The position numbers and the translations under genes are program-made. Below are positions 35,071-38,644 of a stretch of 38,644 nt of DNA, in pieces (the stretch's first letter is position 1; each line of letters begins with the position of its first letter). The notes below the pieces were generated by a model. It was given only the letters and a program-made list of their open reading frames with translations. It did no database searches and was not told the DNA's origin. The stretch covers positions 1 to 38,644 of IMG/VR virus record IMGVR_UViG_3300025103_000060. One strand, 5' to 3'. The stretch is from a virus. Lineage: Duplodnaviria; Caudoviricetes.

Positions 35071-35370
35071 CTATTTTTTACAACATTCTTTACTACAAAC
35101 AGGATTTTTTTCAAATACTGAAAAAATTAAAGGTAATACACCTATACCCGTTAGTATTAAATTATTTGTTGTTATACCATGTAATGTTATATCTGCTGAT
35201 GCAGCTAAAACAACTACTCCTGATACAGTTCTTTTACTAGACCACTTACCCTTGTTATCTTTAAATAACTCTAATACAGCTTTTACTAACTCTGTAATTG
35301 GTTTTATGGCGCTGTCCGCAACAGCAGACCCTATCCATTTTGTAAATGGGTTTTTTAATTTAATACCCAT
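35071..35370 (-). CDS. Holin-like membrane protein
   Basis: 99 aa with two hydrophobic segments after KWSSKR, in the lysis cluster. Confidence 0.6.
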   Translation of the reverse strand: MGIKLKNPFTKWIGSAVADSAIKPITELVKAVLELFKDNKGKWSSKRTVSGVVVLAASADITLHGITTNNLILTGIGVLPLIFSVFEKNPVCSKECCKK

Positions 35371-35371
35371 A

Positions 35372-35548
35372 CTATTTCTTAGATATATCAGCTATTCCCT
35401 GACCTAATATAAGAGCAAGAATTGCGTAATAAACTTTTTCAACTTCTACTTCGGTTAAACCTAATTTAGCTGCAATAAAAGGAACAAATATAGCTCCCAT
35501 TGTGTACCAAAATTTTCTTGAACCAAACATTTTTTTTAAAATTTCCAT
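35372..35548 (-). CDS. Holin-like protein (58 aa), not in the ORF track
   Basis: MEILKKMFGSRKFWYTMGAIFVPFIAAKLGLTEVEVEKVYYAILALILGQGIADISKK: SRKFW and QGIAD holin-like motifs with two transmembrane helices. Confidence 0.75.
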   Translation of the reverse strand: MEILKKMFGSRKFWYTMGAIFVPFIAAKLGLTEVEVEKVYYAILALILGQGIADISKK

Positions 35549-35559
35549 TTTTTATTTAT

Positions 35560-36024
35560 TTAATTAATATATTCTATTGTTACTTCTTTACCATCCTCTA
35601 AAGCTTTAGCTATAGGAGGATATATTCTTGTGTACGCCTGAGTTGATTTTCCTATGTAACCATCTTTTTCAATTTGATTATTAACTTGAGTATCTCCAAC
35701 AAGCAAACAACCAGAAGTGTGCTCATCAGTATTACCGCAATGTATAAGTATATACTCAAAGTTCGGAACATCTCTTACCCATAAAGTCCCCTTATGTATA
35801 TCAGAGAACCTTTTTTTATATTTATTATGTATTCCACCAACTGTTCTTAAAGTTATTCTATATGTCCCTTCTGGTATTCTAGTTTCTGTTATAATCTTTT
35901 TTTCCATAGGCCTATACTCATCTTCTAAAGTATAACACAAAAACTTCTCCCCATCCGTTACATCAAACAAAAGACCATTTGTAGAATCTTCTTCACTACT
36001 AAATCGTACTACTTTTAATTTCAT
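35560..36024 (-). CDS. DUF5675 (L,D-transpeptidase-like) putative endolysin
   Basis: CYTLED, TRIPEGTY and VPNFEYILIHCGNTDEHTSGCLLVG motifs. Likely start is ATG 36024 (MKLKVVRF). Confidence 0.8.
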   Translation of the reverse strand: MKLKVVRFSSEEDSTNGLLFDVTDGEKFLCYTLEDEYRPMEKKIITETRIPEGTYRITLRTVGGIHNKYKKRFSDIHKGTLWVRDVPNFEYILIHCGNTDEHTSGCLLVGDTQVNNQIEKDGYIGKSTQAYTRIYPPIAKALEDGKEVTIEYIN

Positions 36025-36025
36025 A

Positions 36026-36154
36026 CTATCTTCCTTGACCTCTATACTTTTTTTTATAACCTGTTTGTCCCTTAGAAGCATTCTTACTATGAACTCCCTT
36101 ACGCTTCTTACTATTAGTTTCCCTAAAGACAAACCCTAATCCTTTCCTAGCCAT
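36026..36154 (-). CDS. Small basic protein ending KKYRGQGR (42 aa), not in the ORF track
   Basis: MARKGLGFVFRETNSKKRKGVHSKNASKGQTGYKKKYRGQGR. Its start overlaps the upstream stop (TAATG) and its stop is 1 nt before the endolysin ATG. Confidence 0.8.
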   Translation of the reverse strand: MARKGLGFVFRETNSKKRKGVHSKNASKGQTGYKKKYRGQGR

Positions 36155-36609
36155 TACGACAATGGAGCTGTTATCATTAATACCTCAACATCACAAGCTG
36201 CTGTATCAGCATCAGCTGATATCTGAGTTATGTCTGCAAAAGCATTAAATGATGTTCCCGAAGCATCTATATCAATATCAGGACTCATTAAGAAAAATGA
36301 TTCTCCCGCTTCTAACTTAAAGAATTGAGAGTCTGTTCCATCATACAGTCTAAGTTTTAAGAAATTAGTATCATCTAAATTTGTTATTCTAAAATAACAC
36401 CAATCATCAGATACTACCTGACCCCTGCCATCTGCTGTAGAAGTATGAAAAATATCTGTAAAAGTTGTTGCTATACTCATTATTCTTTGTATAACCTCTC
36501 CTTGACTTTCAAAAGATTTAGATATAGCGTTACCATAAGAAACTCCGTTAAGAACTATATTTTCTGATATTGTTATTGTTGCCGTTGAGGCTGTTACTGT
36601 ACTTGCCAT
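36154..36609 (-). CDS. Putative virion structural protein
   Basis: 151 aa with a Y.RITNLDDTNF motif and C-terminal ADADTAACDVEV. Confidence 0.6.
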   Translation of the reverse strand: MASTVTASTATITISENIVLNGVSYGNAISKSFESQGEVIQRIMSIATTFTDIFHTSTADGRGQVVSDDWCYFRITNLDDTNFLKLRLYDGTDSQFFKLEAGESFFLMSPDIDIDASGTSFNAFADITQISADADTAACDVEVLMITAPLS

Positions 36610-36610
36610 A

Positions 36611-36769
36611 TTATTTGTTTTTTAATTTGTAAAACTTATATATTGTAAAAGCTATAGCTAAGGATATTGAAACCATAGTTAATATCTCATTACATTCTGT
36701 AATTGTTAAAGCACTCGCCCCTCCAGTGGCTATTACTACTTGAATACTATCTTTCATTTCTGTTTTCAT
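36611..36769 (-). CDS. Small membrane protein (52 aa), possible holin/antiholin, not in the ORF track
   Basis: MKTEMKDSIQVVIATGGASALTITECNEILTMVSISLAIAFTIYKFYKLKNK. It fills the gap exactly and has a transmembrane helix plus a basic tail. Confidence 0.7.
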   Translation of the reverse strand: MKTEMKDSIQVVIATGGASALTITECNEILTMVSISLAIAFTIYKFYKLKNK

Positions 36770-36778
36770 TTTTTTTTA

Positions 36779-37060
36779 TTATTCAATACTACCTGTTAAA
36801 GCAGGGTTAGTATAACCTATAGAGGTGCCACTATTCAAAGATATACTTGTTACATTATGTAAAATTGTTCCAGCTGGAATTGAAACTCCAACAAGAGAGG
36901 TTACTGCAACACCAAATATATCAAGACTATCAAACTCAGAATCTGTTATAACTTGAATCTTGTAAAAGTCCCCATCTATCGCTCCACTTGAACTATTTAT
37001 AAATGTTTGAGAACCATCTCCCGTTAATTCTCTAAGTTTTCCTAAAGCTACTGCGTCCAT
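36779..37060 (-). CDS. Small virion structural protein; paralog of 2046..2444
   Basis: 93 aa. Motif-level alignment is given under 2046..2444. Confidence 0.65.
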   Translation of the reverse strand: MDAVALGKLRELTGDGSQTFINSSSGAIDGDFYKIQVITDSEFDSLDIFGVAVTSLVGVSIPAGTILHNVTSISLNSGTSIGYTNPALTGSIE

Positions 37061-37103
37061 TTTTTTATTTTTTAATATTATTAATTTTTGTTTTTTATAT
37101 TTT

Positions 37104-37469
37104 TTAATCTGATGTTAAAGAATCTGTATCTTCCTCTATATCAGTACCTTCTGCGTTCTTTTCCCAACCTAAAAACGAATGAGCACAATCTGTTGGGAAT
37201 ATCTCGTTATCTCCAAAGTCAAATTCTTCTGTAGTCATTAAGTCGTAATAAACTCCATCATAATAAATAGGAGGAGTTAATTCATTTCCTTCATCATCAT
37301 AAGTTGCAGGTACCTCTACTATCTGTCCTATATAGACTATAGCCTGTGTTCCATTTCTGTAAACATCTTGAGTGATTCCTTCTTCAGTTACTACTTCATA
37401 AGTACCTTTAGAAAGTAAATCTGCATCTCCTTCTGTTTTGTCTGTGTATTGTAATTTGTATATATTCAT
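37104..37469 (-). CDS. Small acidic tail-fibre-associated protein
   Basis: 121 aa directly after a fibre gene, paralog of 1..203, ending in P....HSFLGW. Confidence 0.7.
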   Translation of the reverse strand: MNIYKLQYTDKTEGDADLLSKGTYEVVTEEGITQDVYRNGTQAIVYIGQIVEVPATYDDEGNELTPPIYYDGVYYDLMTTEEFDFGDNEIFPTDCAHSFLGWEKNAEGTDIEEDTDSLTSD

Positions 37470-37470
37470 T

Positions 37471-38644
37471 TTATATTGTTGTTAATGTTATTAATTCTGG
37501 GTCTGTTAATGCTGTATCGTATACTTGTAGTTGTTTTACTTTTGAAGGGAAAGTTCCACTCCCAACAGAAAAATCAAATCTTATCTGATTCAAAACACCT
37601 GCACTAAAAATAGTAGCAGATGTATTTACTCCTTCTTCTACACCATTAATCCAAAAAGAATAATCTCCACTTTTCCATTTAATAGCATACTTATTAAAAT
37701 CAGTTGTATCTGATATAGTTTTTTCAAGCGTGTTTATTGTATTTCCTCCAACTCTTGTTCTACATAAAACTCTATTTGAGGTACTCATAAATCTAAAATA
37801 AATATAATCATCAGAAGGTGTAATACTACTGCTTATTGAAAGGTATCTATTAGTTCCATCATCTGACAAAGCAGCAACTTCTAAAAACAAAACCCCTTCC
37901 TCACTATTTATCAAATCACTAATTCCTGTCTTTTCATATTGGTCTTGTATACGAGTAACTGTAGTGCCGTATGTTGGAATGTATGATGTAGCGTAAGAGC
38001 CTTCTTCTAATTGACATCCCCATAAAAATATAGCAGTAGTGTCTGTTCCATTTACCCTGTCTATATCAATTTCTATATCTGCTTCAGTACCGTCTGATAT
38101 AAAACTAAAACCAACTTTCCACCACCCATTTCCATAATCTTCTAATAAAACATTTGTTCTTGTTCCTCCTTGATGAAAAGTTGTTGTTGACAAAGCACTA
38201 CCATTCCATTCATAACCTTGTCTAAACAAAGTTCCACTTGCTATTCTTGCACCTATTGTAGTTACACCTCCAGTAACAATATCATCATTTTTAATAAATG
38301 CACTTAAACTATAATCGGTAGTATTTGATATGACTAAATTATTTACATAAACTCTGTCATTTTCACTTACTCCGTTCTTAGTAACTTTACTTGCGTTTAC
38401 AGTCCCATCAGGACTTGTAGTGTTGTTATCAATAACAGTTGTTTGCGTTTTACTGTATTGTGATATTTCCTCACTATAAGTTATAAGATTAGTCCTCTCA
38501 GGCTCTACTAATAAACTAGAAGTACCATCTGTATAATCTACTCTTGCAAGATTGTTTTGGGTAAAAACTTGTGCTGATATATTATCAATATCTCCATCAA
38601 ATCCACTTACTGCTTCTATTATCCAACCTGCTGAATCAACTGTT
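37471..38644 (-). CDS. Second tail fibre/receptor-binding-like protein (5'-truncated by the window end)
   Basis: The frame stays open from 38643 through the track start at 38229 (..ARVDYTDGTSSLLVEPERTNLITYSEE..TSPDGT..). It shares WGCQLE.GSYATSYIPT, NSEEGV and ALTD.ELI.LT with 208..2049. Confidence 0.85.
   Translation of the reverse strand, partial: TVDSAGWIIEAVSGFDGDIDNISAQVFTQNNLARVDYTDGTSSLLVEPERTNLITYSEEISQYSKTQTTVIDNNTTSPDGTVNASKVTKNGVSENDRVYVNNLVISNTTDYSLSAFIKNDDIVTGGVTTIGARIASGTLFRQGYEWNGSALSTTTFHQGGTRTNVLLEDYGNGWWKVGFSFISDGTEADIEIDIDRVNGTDTTAIFLWGCQLEEGSYATSYIPTYGTTVTRIQDQYEKTGISDLINSEEGVLFLEVAALSDDGTNRYLSISSSITPSDDYIYFRFMSTSNRVLCRTRVGGNTINTLEKTISDTTDFNKYAIKWKSGDYSFWINGVEEGVNTSATIFSAGVLNQIRFDFSVGSGTFPSKVKQLQVYDTALTDPELITLTTI

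Noticed and set aside
35018-35407. 129-aa plus-strand ORF with a leader-like upstream sequence
   Set aside because: It has a TTG start, lies antisense to two holin-like genes, and I saw no plus-strand promoter. It is kept only as the alternative explanation for the sRNA finding.
36025-36132. N-terminal extension of the endolysin (MSLGKLIVRS...)
   Set aside because: It overlaps the better-supported 42-aa YRGQGR ORF, and the DUF5675-like sequence begins at ATG 36024.
1-38644. Alternative genetic code, integrase/att sites, tRNA genes
   Set aside because: Genes tile densely under the standard code, with TAA, TAG and TGA all used as coupled stops. I recognised no recombinase motif or cloverleaf by eye; a tRNAscan-SE run would be needed to be sure.

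Overview
This window is most of an AT-rich tailed-phage genome with a siphovirus-type long tape measure protein. Its host is very probably a Bacteroidota (Flavobacteriales-like) bacterium, judged from the TTTG-N18-22-TAnnTTTG promoters and A-rich leaders without Shine-Dalgarno sequences. Every credible gene is on the minus strand. Reading right to left the order is: tail-fibre cassette 2 (cut by the window end), lysis module, candidate sRNA, metallophosphoesterase, recombination/regulation genes, M20/M28-like peptidase, replication initiator, Dam-family methyltransferase and small genes, a repeat-rich control region, a compositionally distinct putative early operon, terminase, tail chaperone with a -1 frameshift, tail/hub proteins, tape measure, a Mor-like regulator, Clp protease/scaffold, capsid, tail tube, portal, adaptor, and tail-fibre cassette 1 (cut by the window start). 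Both ends fall in the fibre region, which fits a circularly permuted, nearly complete genome. I saw no integrase, DNA polymerase, tRNA, CRISPR array or reverse transcriptase. The most interesting signals are regulatory: (1) three late promoters sharing the architecture TTTCYA-N4-TTTCGT-N21-TAnnTTTG; (2) two identical Fur-box-like palindromes upstream of the early operon; (3) a candidate ~85-nt RNA complementary to the shared leaders of early/middle genes; (4) iteron-like arrays with (KD)n-coding repeats lying outside the initiator gene; and (5) an SCM/RALVW/DRIY protein and a metallopeptidase that share a leader. All protein calls come from motif recognition by eye, not from database searches.
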